Shown piece by piece: positions 1-12,729 of a DNA stretch of 64,000 nucleotides (position 1 is the stretch's first letter; every line of letters begins with the position of its first letter). The notes below the pieces were generated by a model, which was not told the origin of the DNA, ran no database searches, and saw only the letters and a program-made list of their open reading frames with translations. Source of the DNA: Camelus dromedarius. Lineage: Eukaryota. The stretch spans positions 2,854,001 through 2,918,000 of the forward strand of contig NC_087438.1 of assembly GCF_036321535.1 (NCBI RefSeq). The letters run 5' to 3'. The position numbers and the translations under genes are program-made.

Positions 1-1549
1 GGTCGTTTTGCTTAGTACTAGCTAATTTATAACGGAGACAGCAGGTCCCATTATTACAGGGACTTTCACATACTCTGGAGGCAAATGTTTTTTACAGCAT
101 ATTTTGCAATGTGGAAATGGAATTCCTTGTGTAAGAAGATTTCTGTTTTCTATGTGCAGGGCTGAGTCTTTCCCACCTGTAGTTAAACTCCCAGCCTCCA
201 AAATAATATATCTTTCTTCAGATTCTCTGCTATACTTTTTCTGACAGGTGGGTGACATGTATTCTTAGGATAAATAGGAAAAGGCATTTTCTTTTTGTTT
301 ATGCTCAAGCAGCATGAGAATAAATAGGAGATGTAGCCAATTATTGCAATCTCTTGGTTATTTGCCTCATCCGTGCTGATGGGCCTGCCTCATAGTCATT
401 TGAAATGACAGAAACTATCTTCAAAATATCACTTGATGTATTTCAGTGCTTTGCCGACAGAGCACCTAACAGTATCTATTTAACTTTTTAATTATATTTA
501 TTTACTTTTATAATTCAACAATGTGATTTTAGTAAATGGGCTGAGCCTTTAATGACTGGGGATGAAAAGCGACAGCTCCACCTGCTGCATGCCGAGGTTC
601 TGTTTATTTTTGTTTTTCTTCATTTCATCATTTCTTAGAAGGGGAACCCATTTCCAATTACAGCCCGTACACTTCATCTTCCTTTTGTTTATCGCCACAG
701 GAATATTTTTAAAGCCTCCACTTTGTTATAATTGCCTTGTGTCCGTAGAACCTCGTGACTCAAAAGTACACGTCAAAGTTCCGCACTCCCTGCTGTAGAA
801 GGTAGTGGCCAGCGACACCCACATTGACTAATTCATCAAATATTACCTAACAGTCTTCATCAAATGTTGTTGTAAGACCACGGTCTGTCCGTTGAACACT
901 GACACATGAGGCATCTGAGGAAGGACTCTTTGTGAACTATTCTTTGCATCATAGATACACTGTTGGTGTCTACTCTGAGCCCAGAGTCAGAACCCAGCGA
1001 CCCAGGACTGTCCTGTGGGTGCCTGAGTTACTTGCAAAATGAGATCTAACCACTCCTCCTGGCTTTGTGGGAGAGCTCCTGGCCTCTCTTGCTTGAATGG
1101 CATCAAATCATCTAGGACTTTGGAGGATCAAAAGCAAAAACAGAAGAAACAACAAAACCCCCCGAATCCTTTCTCACTGCTTTGGTTGTCGTGGGCTTCT
1201 ATCATGTTGGGTTTAATGAAAATAATAATTATCAAAGAACAGTGAGAGGTGCCACCTACAGTCCCCAAACTGGCCAGTAAGAGTTGGTGCAGCAGACTGA
1301 ACGTTTCACGCCCTGAAGTCTAATGGTGCTTAGCAGAGGGATGGGACATCTGAGTTTATATCACATGGGAAATAGAATAAAACCAAGCCTGGTAATATGC
1401 TTAAGAAAATTCGTGCCCCCACAACTGGCTGACGTCAAAGAAATCTTCACTTCACATAATGGGTCTCGCAAAGGCTACTCACAAATGTGTTAACACGTCC
1501 GACTAGCTGCCATGTGCAGTGCAACTCTTTGGAGGGAGAGGACAAAACA

Positions 1550-1790
1550 TGCTGAGTCGTTTATAAGAACTTCTGAAAACTTTAAAGCTGCAGGACAGAC
1601 AGCAAATCAGTGGTTACCAGGGGCTGACAAGGGAAAGGGGACCACCTACAAAGTGACACAAGGGGACATTTTGGAGCAATGGCACTATTCTGCATCATGG
1701 TGGGTTGTGGTGGCGAAAAACATTGTACTTTTCCCCTAAAATTGTAGTATTTAGTATATCTACATTACACGTCAGTGAAGCTGATTAAGG
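1550..1790 (+). mobile_element. Ancient L1 (L1ME/L1MC-like) 3' UTR fragment
   Basis: Contains ATCAGTGGTTACCAGGGG, GGGACATTTTGGAGCAATGG and ATTACACGTCAGTGAAGCTGATT, which resemble old L1 3' ends. Confidence 0.6.
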
Positions 1791-2189
1791 GGAAAACAAG
1801 CCAGATCAGAAACTGACTTGTCAGCAAGAGATTTCTTTTTCCCTATCAGAAATGGAAAAGAAAACGCATATTACATTTTGGTCTCTCTTCCCAATTTATC
1901 CTGCATATATTTCTTTACAGGAAAAATATATATTTAAAATAACTAGAAAAATGCAAGATAACAAGGTAATACAAAATTGTATTTTCTGGCAGGGTTTGGA
2001 AATGAGTTCATGACATGACTTTGGGTGTGCTTGTTCCTTGGGAATCTGTTTCTCTAAGAGGAGATGAGCCCCTCCCCAGATGGGTCTTGGTCGGGAACAT
2101 GCAGCCCTACTCATGATGTCAGTCAAGTCTGGTCTAAGTGAAACATATTTTTGCCTCCCAAGCTGAAAAGAAGTATAAATATGATTCTT

Positions 2190-2292
2190 TATATGTATGT
2201 ATATGTATGACTGAAATATTCCACTATACACCAGAAATTGACACATTGTTACTGACTATACTTCAATTCAAAAAAAAAAATTAAAAAAATAA
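2190..2292 (+). mobile_element. Extremely 5'-truncated young L1 (3' terminus plus A-rich tail)
   Basis: TGTATGACTGAAATATTCCACTATACACCAGAAATTGACACATTG...CTATACTTCAA plus poly(A); nearly the same as the end of the L1 at about 2860-2945. Flanked by 15-bp near-direct repeats at 2175-2189 and 2293-2307. Confidence 0.85.
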
Positions 2293-2307
2293 ATAAATGT
2301 GATTCTT

Positions 2308-2945
2308 AACCTTACCTTATGATCCAGCAATCCCACTTCTGGGCATACATCCAGAGGGAAACTTAATTCAAAAAGACACCTGCACCCCAATGTTCACAGT
2401 AGCACTGTATACAATAGCCAAGACATGGAAACAGCCTAAATGTCCATTGACAGATGACTGGATAAAGAAGTTGTGGTGCATTTATACAATGGAATACTAC
2501 TCAGCCATAAAAAATAATAAAATAATGCCATTTGCAGCAACATGGGTGGCCCTGAAGAATGTCATTCTAAGTGAAGTAGAAAGAAAAAGAAAAATACCAT
2601 ATGATATCACTCATATGTGGAATCTAAAAAGAAAAGACAAATGAACTTACTTATAAAACAGAAACAGACTCACAGACATAGAAAATATACTTATGGTTAC
2701 CAGCGGGAAGGTATAGGGAAGGGATAAATTGGGAGTTCGAGATTTGCAGATACTGACTGGTATATATAAAATAGATAAACAAGTTTATACTGTACAGCAC
2801 AGGGAACTATATTCAATATCTTACAGTAGCTTAATGGTGAAAAATATATATATATTTATTCATGTATGACTGAAACATTGTGCTGTACACCAGAAATTGA
2901 CATAACATTGTAAACTGACTATACTTCAATAAAAAATTTTAAAAA
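2308..2945 (+). mobile_element. 5'-truncated L1: ORF2 C-terminus plus 3' UTR (lineage-specific)
   Basis: ORF 2390-2644 (AKTWKQPKCPLTDDWIKKLWCIYTMEYYSAIK) is the L1 ORF2 C-terminus, followed by a 3' UTR and A-rich tail. Close paralogue at 59410-60195. Confidence 0.95.
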
Positions 2946-5399
2946 ATAAATACTATTCTTATGCTAGTTTTTAAAGATGACTTAACACTTCCAAATAGAC
3001 CTTTATCTTCTATGTGAAACCAGGTGGCAGGTGTTGTCATAAAACTGTGAACTGCTCAGCACAGTTTCACAGGAAAGTGAAAAAAAGCAAGGCATATGAC
3101 CAGTGTGCCCACTTTTACATGATGTTTTCAATCCTTTGTTATTATCACTGGTACTGACTCCGACCTTCTCTTTTGTCATACTAACTTACACACTTAATGT
3201 TTCCACTACCTGCTCTGTTGAATATGTTCACATTTCCCACAACAAAAATTGGATGCGCTAATTATGGTATCATTTTTCTGGACTGAATGTTTAGGACCCT
3301 GGAAATGAGTGACATGAGGCCCTAAAAAACTGCCATTTCAGTTTGATATAGGAAAAAATGTTAATTAATAATCAGATAGCTGGCTACAACCCTGACATAT
3401 CAGTGGGGTGATTCCTGCAACCCCAAACACGCTTCTGGCAAATGTCCGTTTTGATTATAAACAGCAGGAGCTGCCGCAGCGCTCTGGCACTTCTGCTGGT
3501 GCGTCTCCTCGCAGAAGCGCTCTCTGCAGTCAGCACTTCATGTTCACATGTCGCAGGAAACTCTGTTTTTGACTGAGTGACAGCCCTTTAGCAACAGTAA
3601 CTGTTTCTAACCACGAAGGCTGCCAGAGTTGAGTTTGCACAAAAACAACAAAAATGCGCGTTTCACTGGCCCCTTAGCCTGGGCACTGGCCCAGGGCTCC
3701 AGCAGACCCAGGAGATGCCTCCTCAACCGGCGGGCCTTGGAATCGGCACGTTCAGGTCGGAGTACAACCTGCGACCTTCGACAGTCAGTAGCGTGCTTCT
3801 GCTCATGTGTTTTTGCCGTAGATTGAAAAAAATTAAATTAAATATTCATCTTCTCTGAGATTATATATCTGTGGCTTTATGTCGGGGAGAGCAAGGAATT
3901 CAAGCAGGACAAAGGCACTGCTTCGACATGAAGGCCGTGTGAGGGAAGAGTGAAGGCGGAACATCAGAGCTACAGGAGATGCGGGAATGCATCCATCATC
4001 CGGGGAAATCTTGATTGACGGGTCTGCCAACACTGGGACTTCTTCTGAAGGTCATAAACAACAGGAAAATACTCTGGAAAGCAATAATCCGTCGGCTTCC
4101 TAATGGAACATAACAGTGTCCCCACTGAAGTGGCATGCCATCAAAAATCATTTCTAATTATTTTAAGTAATATTTAGATCAATTCAGGGTAATCTTATTA
4201 ACTTTCATGTTTATGTCTGAATTAGATTACTTTCATGTTTGTTTAAGCTCTTTTGCTTTTTAAAATGTCTCTTTCAAAGACAAATTGAGCCTGGTTAAAA
4301 TAATCAATGGCTTCTGGGGGTTCAACATTTGCAGATGCCAGAGCCCCGCCTGCTCCCCAGAGTGGATCCGCTGATTCCCCCGGGGGAGCTGCCCCCCCAC
4401 TTAACAGAGCCCCACTTGGCTCCCACAGGCGCCTCCCGGCCCACGCCCAGGCGCCTTAGAAGAAGGCACCTCCGTTTATAAAGGGGCACAGTCCTCACGT
4501 GGCCTGTGACTCCTCGGAGCATGGGGCAGAGGCTCTTTGTTTGGGAAGCAATGGAGCATCCTTTTCAGCTTGAGTCCTCACCCCCAGAAAGCCCTCCTTT
4601 TCTCTGCAGAAACACGCTCACCTGCAGTTAAAACATAAAAGGTGAGGACCTGGGGAGTCAACCCGGAAGCAGTGCTTGGAAGAACGGGGCGTTTTTAGGC
4701 CTGTGCTGTTACGTCTGGCTCTTTTCCTGGTTTTTTATATTTTGCTGCATTTTTAAAATTAAGTTTAAATTAAGAACACCTCCAACTGAGACTTGAATGC
4801 AAACTGAGTTTCTGCTATAATGACGTCATGAATTCACACAAAGGAAAGAATGCATTTAGTATCTTGTTTCCTTTTTAGTAAATTTTATTTTGAACAGAAT
4901 TGGTGGATCCGTATTAGGAATTATACAGCAACTGAACAATGCTGAAAAAGCAGACAAACAGAATAATTGTTAAATCTTAGCTGCAGAAGCTTGGCACCAC
5001 GCCCCAGCTTTTGCAGGCGAGATGAGGAGGGAGAGCGTGTGAACCCCTTGTGCTGCGCAGAAACGGTCGTATATCCCCGCTCAGTGTGTAGGGCTGTGGT
5101 TCTGCTTCTGCTGTTATCTAAGAATCTGGTTAATTTGATTGGAGCGGAGAATTCTCCCCAGGAGATAAAGCTGTCCTGTTGGTGCCCCTCAGCCCCACAG
5201 GTCCCTGGATGTGGCGGTGCTGTGCCCAAGCACCCGGGCCGCCCAGGACCAAGGGACTCATCCTGCAGCCCAGGGCTCTGGTCTGCTGACCTTGAGGAGC
5301 TGAGTCTCTTTCCAGAAACTGCCCTTGGCTGAAGGTTACACCCCCTCCCAGGGGGTATCCCACATTCAGCGACTGTTTTGGGGTACAAAGCCAGCTCCT

Positions 5400-5590
5400 T
5401 CACACAACTGGGGGCCACTACGGACTGCATCCCAGCTCCAAGCCCATGGGACACCTGCAGCTTCTCCTGTGATGGCCTTTCAGTTAAGCCCCTCCCTCTG
5501 CCCTAGCCTCCCGTGTTGGTTCCTGAGGCCCCTCCCCAGTAAACCTCCTGCACAGCACGTACATCTCAGTCAGTGAGATCCGACCTTCAC
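5400..5590 (+). mobile_element. Probable ERVL LTR (LTR16-like) 3' fragment
   Basis: CCCCAGTAAACCTCCTGCACAGCACGTACATCTCAG resembles the LTR16-family 3' end. Confidence 0.4.
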
Positions 5591-6494
5591 CAATGCTAGG
5601 TTTCAAACAGTGATCAGATCTGAGGTCCAGTTTTCAAGTGCCACAGATGGCTTTCTGGACAGAGGAAACCCATACACCTGTGTCTACAGTGGAGCCCCGT
5701 AAGTGTCCCCATCAGTGCCTGGGGGAGGGTGGGGGTGACCACAGGGGCCCTCCCTGCTCTTAGGCCTGTGGCCCAAGAAAGGCCAGGCCCTTGATGGGAC
5801 AGCCCTGCAGGAGAGCACTGATGTGGGTGGCCCCCAGATAACCAGGGGTCGGTCTGAAGAAGACCGCGACACACCAGGTGGTTCCTGTCCGGTGGAGGTC
5901 CACAGAGTGCAGACAGATAGTCACTGTGCAACATGAAGTGGGCTTGAGCGAGGACCCGCGGGTGTGTAAGGACAGACCACCTGCCTGGGAGTGGGGTTTG
6001 GAGATGTGATGGGGGCGGGAGGAAGTGGGGCAGACGTGGTCAGAGCAGGCTTCCTGGTGGGGGCTGGGCGGGAGCTGATCTCTGAACGTGAGCTCCCTCT
6101 GCCAGGAGGTCACCCCCCGTGAAAGGACTGCTTCCTAAGGCCAGGCGTGTCCCAGCGGGGGACCGTCAGGCAGGGGAGCAGGTGTGCAGGGCTCTGTTGC
6201 TACTTCGCTAGGCAGGATGGCAGGGAGCCCGCTCTGCGGGGAGCTGACTTGGCCCTGCTCTGGGCAGCACACGCGACCGTGCCAAGACCAGGCTCCTTCC
6301 CTGGGGTCGGGGATGGTCTGGAGGCGCCCGGCGCGGACAGGTCCTCCCAGTGGTGGGAAGGGTGTGCCGTCGGGGAGGCAGCGGGGGACCATGCCTACCG
6401 CACACACCCCCCCCGGAGTTACGCTGGGCTGTGCTCCCTTGGTGCTTCCCCTCACCAGCTCACGTCCCAGCCCGGAGCTCTGGACACATCCCCA

Positions 6495-6610
6495 TGACCA
6501 TCTTTGCTCTGCAGCTGGGAAAGTGAGACAATGGAAGGGCAGGTGAGCTGCCCAAAGCCACACACCTGGGAAGCCACGAGGCCTGGGTGCAGACTCAGGG
6601 ATGCTCCCAC
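6495..6610 (-). mobile_element. MIR fragment
   Basis: CAGCTGGGAAAGTGAGACAATGGAAGGGCAGGTGAGCTGCCCAAAGCCACAC resembles the reverse MIR core. Confidence 0.55.
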
Positions 6611-7407
6611 CATGCCAGCACCCTTGCCCCTGATCTGCACGAACCCCGACGGCAAGAGGAGGGCAGCCTCGGGAAATCAGGATGGACCCTCTCCTTGGAA
6701 GCTGGGGAGGTGACGGCCTCCAGGAACCTGCTCAGAGGCGCAGAACCCATGTGCGGGCCCGGAAGGTGGACCCTCAGACCTAAGCTGAAGCCACACTCTC
6801 TGCACAGGGCGGCTCTGGCTCAGAACCTCACACGGGGCTCTGGCCTCCCTGAGCTGCATTCACAGGCAGCGACACAGCCGAGGAGGGAGACCCTGGAGGG
6901 CCCACTGCCTAGTCCTGGCACCTGAGGCCATTCCCAGTCGGTCCCAGAAGCTGGAGCTCCGAGTCTGCAGGTGGAAGCTGGGTGCCTGGGTGTACAAAGA
7001 GCTCCTGAAGGTGAGGCAGGCACCGGCCCCGCCCAGCGCCTCCTGCCTGAATCATATCTTCCCTGTGACAAGATGCCACTCACAGACCTGCCGGGGCCGC
7101 ACCCCGAACTGGGCGGGGCCGTGAGCAAAGGGCACGTGCTTGTCTTGAAGCCCTGATGTCACCCCCAGGTCACTGACCACAGGGTGCAGGCGGGTCCTTC
7201 CCTGTGTCAGCACCTTTCCTCTCGCTTCTGTTCTTTGGGACTTGCTCAGATGGCCATTCCATGTAGAGACATCATTGAAATGGTTCAGGCCCACAGTTGT
7301 AATAGCTGCACAGTCCTTGAATTTCCACTGAGGTGAACAAGACGCAAAATTCAACATGAGGAGCACTGAGGCCGAACGTGCTGTGACAGTTCTTTAGAAA
7401 TACTTCC

Positions 7408-7557
7408 GGAGGGAGGGGATGATCAGTGGTAGGGCACGTGCTTAGCATGCACCAGGTCCTGGGTTCAATCCCCAGCACCTCCACTAAGTAAAAATAAAGA
7501 CATAAATAAACCTAGTTACCTTCCCCCAAACAAGTACAAAAAAATAAGAAAAAAATC
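7408..7557 (+). mobile_element. tRNA-Ala-derived SINE (camelid vic-1-like)
   Basis: tRNA-Ala(AGC)-like head CAGTGGTAGGGCACGTGCTTAGCATGCACCAGGTCCTGGGTTCAATCCCCAGCACCTCCA with B box, body AAATAAACCTAGTTACC and A-rich tail. TSD-like AAATACTTCC (7398-7407) and AAATACTTTC (7558-7567). Confidence 0.9.
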
Positions 7558-8673
7558 AAATACTTTCTACAATGTCTTATGCTTAAGATTAACAGATCAC
7601 AGATTGAAGTAGTCTAAAATAGCTAGTTTCCCTCAATGTTTGCTCTTGACTTATTTTTCGTTCCTTTAAAGTGTACATTTTCTTTTAAAATATGAAGCTC
7701 TCTTACAGGCTTTTATTCTGAAAATGAGCAACACAGATGACTTGCCAACCTTCGAGGAAAAACGTATTTCTATCGGAAACTGCACATTTGCTATTTCTTG
7801 GCTCTTTTAAACAGTATCAGCCTTCCGAGGGAAATTACTTGCATACAGGAATTTGACACCAAATAGTATATATACACATATCCTTCAGTGGTCTGATGCC
7901 TGAAGGGTCAGACAGTGGAAGGGCTGTCGTTCCCGCTATAATTGGGGAGAACACGGTCTCAGTGTCTGGGGACCTGCAGGTCGCTTGTCCAGGGCCGGAA
8001 GGGGAGCCGCGGTCCAGGGTGCCTGGCCACGTCTTCATTCACGTCACCTGTCACCTCGGAGGGTGACGGCCATCCCCAGTGCCACGTGGAGCAGCCACTG
8101 CCGTTTATAATTGTGCCAATCTCCTCTCAGCCCATCACCGCTGCAGATTGTGACTTTTTGAGGTGAGAAAACCTTGAGTTTTGCTTCAAGCTGGTCATTA
8201 AGTGTTGCTAATAGCTTTCCTGGGGAAACTGAGACTAACAGGATGTGACTTCATATACATATGACCTGTCAGAAGCTGTCCCCCCCAAGTGTCACTGTTG
8301 CAGTGGAGTAAGTGGCATCGCACAGGAAGGTCCGCCCTGTTTGCAGGCAGGGTGCAGAGGACCAATGCCTGGACAGGCCTTTCCCACTGCCGTCCTTGGT
8401 CAGGGCTTGTAGGTGGGGAGGCGCCTGCGGCTGACTCCGGCTCAGAGCTGCTTCTTCCCGACGAAGCTGTTGCTTCTCCCCTCTGCCCAGGACACGTGTC
8501 AAGATAAGTGGTCTTCTATTCGGAATTCCACCCCTCCCCATGGAAGCTCCAGCTCAGTTAGCAAGCAGGTGAGAATGAGAAACAGAGGAAGACTGGGGAT
8601 AGATGTATTTTGAAATTAACCCCTTTGGATTTTGGTCACCAATCCTGCTTTTGAGTGGAAAGTCAAGGATGTG

Positions 8674-9220
8674 GGTTTTTTTTTTGTTTTTGGGTTGTTG
8701 TTTATTTTGACATATACTCAATTTACAAGGTTGTGTTAATTTCTGGTATACAGCATAGTGATTCATATATATATGTTGTGTGTATATATATATATTCCTT
8801 TCCATATTCTTTTTTCTAGGTCATTATAAGGTATTGAATATAGTTTCCTGTGCTATACGGTGGGGCATTGTTGTTTATTTTATATATAGTACTTAGTATC
8901 TGCAAATCCTGAACTCCCAGTTTATCCCTCCCCACCCCTTTTCCCCCTGGTAACCATAAGCTGATTTTCTATGTCCATTTCCATTTTGTAAATAAGTTCA
9001 TTTGTGTCTTTTTTTTTTTTTTAGATTCCACATGTAAGTGATATCCTATGGTATTTGTCCTTCTCTTTCTGGCTTACTTCACTGATATGACAGTCTCCAG
9101 GTCCATCCATGTTGCTGCAAATGGCATTATTTTTCTTTTTCATGGCTGAGTAGTATTCCATTGTATGCATATGTGTATATATATATATATATATATTCTC
9201 ACAATTTTTTATCCAGTCAC
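8674..9220 (-). mobile_element. 5'-truncated L1 3' end with internal (TA)n
   Basis: Reverse-strand homologue of the L1 at 2308-2945. ORF 9021-9263 contains TMEYYSAMKKK and ISEVSQKEKDKYH. T-rich tail at 8674-8710. Confidence 0.9.
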
Positions 9221-9504
9221 ACAGCTGTTTTCCGTAAGAGTTGTGACTTGAAAAGAAATACAAATAATAGGGGAAATAAACATTACCTTAAGCCTTACTT
9301 TAGTTACACTGTTTCACAGAACCTCTGTGTGGTGCTCAAACAGGCAATGATGTCCAGGAACCAGGCGATGGGCAGTGTCAGGGGAGGGGTGGAGAGCGTC
9401 AGTGACTGCCCCTCTTTTGCTTCTGAGGGACCCTTCATCTGAGGTCTCATCCTTCATCAGAGTCCCCGCTGACCAGCTGTGACCCACATGTGCACACATA
9501 CATA

Positions 9505-9660
9505 GGTGGCATCTGTGACTTTGTTCAGGCCAGATGGGCCCTCTGACTCTGTTTCCTTGATTGCCAATATATAAAACTGGGCTATTAGGACCCACTTGCA
9601 AGATGAAATGCCATAAACCCAGAGCTCAGCACACGGTAAACTACCCAACAGATGTTAGTT
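9505..9660 (+). mobile_element. MIR fragment
   Basis: TGTGACTTTGTTCAGGCC, CTCTGACTCTGTTTCCTTG and CAGCACACGGTAAACTACCCAACAGATGTTAG follow the MIR core and tail layout. Confidence 0.5.
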
Positions 9661-10186
9661 AAGTAGGATTTAGCCTGGTCCAGTTTTGTTGAAGTATTTA
9701 AAGTATTGGTGTAGAGTCAGTTATTCTGAAACTTTACTAAGTGCCCTTGCTATTTGAAGCCTAAACTTCATCAACTTAGCATCATTTAGCTAAGTGGGAT
9801 TTTTGGTAGAAAGCAGCCTCCTCGCATGTGGGGCCCAGCCCCCTTCTGCTCTGTGCGGAGAGAGGCAGCACGTCCCGGGGCCCCACTGAGGCCATGCCTG
9901 GACTGACCAGTGTCTGTGCCCAAACAGCATCAGGCTGCAGCTGGCCCGCTTCCACAGAGGTGCTCGCTGCTTTTCCACGGATCCTTCTCGCTTTATTCAT
10001 TTATCTATGTTTGCAATAGGAAAGCACCGCCGTTGTCACTGGAAATATTAATGACGTCACCGAAGCTTGTATGTGTGCTCTGCAGAGGGTGTTCCACAGA
10101 TCAGCCTGGTTTGTGCTGCCCCAACTGCAGACCATCTCAGAGCTCCATCTTCCCAACCTGTTCCTTCGTCAGTGTAGGTAGTGGCT

Positions 10187-10630
10187 GCTGTGCCGGTTTG
10201 AACAGGGTCCTCCCAAATTTCACCTCCACCTGGAACCTCAGACTATGACCTTATTCGGAAATAGGGTCTTTACAGATGTAATCAAGTTAAGACGAGGTTA
10301 TACTGGACTCGGGTCAGCGCCAAATCCACTGACCAGTGTCCTTAGGAAGAGAAGAGGACTTGGAGAGATAAACGCAGAGACGCAGCGGGGAGGAGGCCAC
10401 ACGAAGACAAGTGGGGTGATGGACCAGATGCAGCCACAAGCCCGGGGCGGCCAGGAGCCACCAGAAGCTGGAAGAGGCAAGACAGGGTTCTTCCTTAGAG
10501 CTTTGCAGGGACTGGCCCTGCTGGCACCTGGTTTCAGGTGTCTGGCCTCCAGACTGTGTGACAACCTCTTTCTGTTGTTTTAAGCTCTTCTGTTTGTAGG
10601 GCCTTTTCACAGCAGCCCCGGAACTAGTGC
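10187..10630 (+). mobile_element. MaLR solo LTR (MLT1B/C-like)
   Basis: GGAACCTCAGACTATGACCTTATTCGGAAATAGGGTCTTTACAGATGTAATCAAGTTAAG, CCAGAAGCTGGAAGAGGCAAG and TGGCCTCCAGACTGTG are hallmark MLT1 blocks. Confidence 0.9.
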
Positions 10631-11158
10631 TGTTCCCAGCCTCAGCTCCCCACCCCAGACGCCCCGTGCTGTAAGGGACACTTTCAACATGCGGAATTGG
10701 TTTTCATCCAGCATAATGGTTTTTGTGTGTAAGCCCCTCTCTGCCATCCTCTCGCCATGGGATCAACCTCCGTGCTCCTCAATTTCTGCATAAATAAAAC
10801 GGGGCAATTGAAAAAACAGTTGGTGGATAACATTCCACTAATAAATGCACAAAACCCTATTAATAGATATATTTACATTTGCTTCTATGATAATAAGAAG
10901 GCTCTGAAAAACATTTTGAGGTTAGATCAAGAGCAAATGGAAAAGCGTCTTTGAGAATTTCTGCAAGTAATTTAGTAGGCATTTCATTCCGGCTATTTTT
11001 GCCACCTTTGAAATATATTTCATGTAAATTTGAATTCAAAGTATTTTTAAAGTAAGAAGTGTGGCTGCTAATAGCAAAGGCATGAGAAGTATCTGCCTAA
11101 AGCACAGTCACAAGTGAGCTTTGAATTTGCGGGGTGGGGGGTGCTATCATTATCCTGT

Positions 11159-11511
11159 GCTCTACGCCGAATGTCCGCATCCTCCCAAATTCGCATGTGG
11201 ACCCCTCACCTCCAATGCGATGGTGTTAGGTGGTGGGACCTTTGGGAGGTGGTTGCTATCAAGAGGATGGAGCCCCCTGATAGGATGAGAGCCCCCTCAG
11301 GCCCCAGGGAGCTCCCTTGCACCTTCTGCCATGTGAGGACCCAGCAAGAAGTCAGCTGTCTGTGAACCAGCAGCGGGTCCTCATCGGACCCCAGATCTGT
11401 CAACGCCTTGATCTTGGACTTCCCGCCTCCAGAACTGTGAGAAATACATTTCTGTGTTTATAAGCCACCAAGCCTAGGGGATTCTGTTACAGCAGCTCAA
11501 AGGAACTGACA
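11159..11511 (+). mobile_element. MaLR solo LTR (MLT1A-like)
   Basis: CCTTTGGGAGGTG, CTGCCATGTGAGGAC and CCTTGATCTTGGACTTCCCGCCTCCAGAACTGTGAGAAATACATTTCTG...TTATAAGCCACC. Confidence 0.9.
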
Positions 11512-12729
11512 TTCTGTATTTCAGGCTAAACCGTCCAAGTGAAAACCTGGCCTAAAACTCTATGCATCATCAAATTGGGAAAGCTGGTGTGGCCCGGCCC
11601 CTCCCCAGCGCCTCCATCCAAAGGCCGTGGTGTGGGCTTGTAGGAGCCCCCTGGCCCAGGGCAAGGACGCAGTCAGTAGAGGTGACAGGGGCCGGTGAGG
11701 TCTTTGTCTTGGTTGACGCCCGTCCCTCCACCTTGTGTGTCTCTGGCACTTCTCACTGTGGCTCATTCCCCTCCTAGGTCTGTCCATCTCATCCACCTGA
11801 TTGTTGTCCACCTGAGTGTGCTCTGTCCACCCTCCATCCCTGCCGCTGCTGGAGGCAGAGGTGTCATGGTCAGTGACCTGGACGGGGCCAGCTGCAGGGG
11901 TAACATCCAGCTGAGGACCATCCAGCCCAGGCTCCTCTCCTCAGAATGCCCAGTTAGGATTTGTCCCAAACAAGTGGTGGCTGAATCCTCACTGTGGACA
12001 AGCATCTCTGCTTCAGAAAGATCTTCATTTCCTGTTATGTAAAGAGTAGGAGAACAAGAAAATAATTTTTAAAACCACTATTATTTTCTCACCTGAACAC
12101 TCAATTGATTTTGTACGTTCACTTCTAGCCTTCGCCCACACAGATACAGGTATTTTGCAGAAGTGTGAGCAGAGCACTTACATTTCTATACAGTGCATTT
12201 TTCACTTAACATAAGCATTGTTCTCTAGTGCTCTGCAATTTTGTACACATATTTTAAACGACTGTAATATTTCTTCCAATGAATTTATTGGAATTTCTTC
12301 TTTTATCTGCTCATAGATATTTAGATAGTTTTTCTTCAAATACTTAAAGAGCTTGCTTTATACAGTCCTTTGGGGTCTCGACTATTAAAAACTGAGTAAC
12401 AACTTTAAAATCGATTTATAAAATGACGTTTTACAGGTTCCACAATCCGTTTTAGTAGAAACAGTGTCGGGAACACGTCATGCCTTTGGCGGTGACACGG
12501 CGGTTGCCACATGCTAGATAACCCCCTTAGCATACACGCTGCGGCTCGTGGCTTCTCAGGTTCAGGGGTCAGCCCTTTTCTCCCCTTGCCATCAAGATTT
12601 AGTGTCTACAGGCAGTCCGCACCAATAATCAGGGCCAGTGGGGTTGCACAGAGAGTGGCTTCTCTTTGCTAAATACTCCTTTATTAGAAAAAATATGAAG
12701 TAACCATTATACAAGTAAAATATAGTTAA

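Noticed and set aside
2390..2644. Protein-like ORFs here and at 9021-9263, 49886-50371, 52921-53163, 55181-55420 and 59599-59847
   Set aside because: These are L1 ORF2 remnants in truncated elements, not host genes.
4921..7366. Many overlapping 100-180 aa ORFs in the GC-rich domain
   Set aside because: Expected from low stop-codon frequency at high GC. They overlap on both strands, show no recognisable domain, and partly lie in LTR/L2/MIR remnants.
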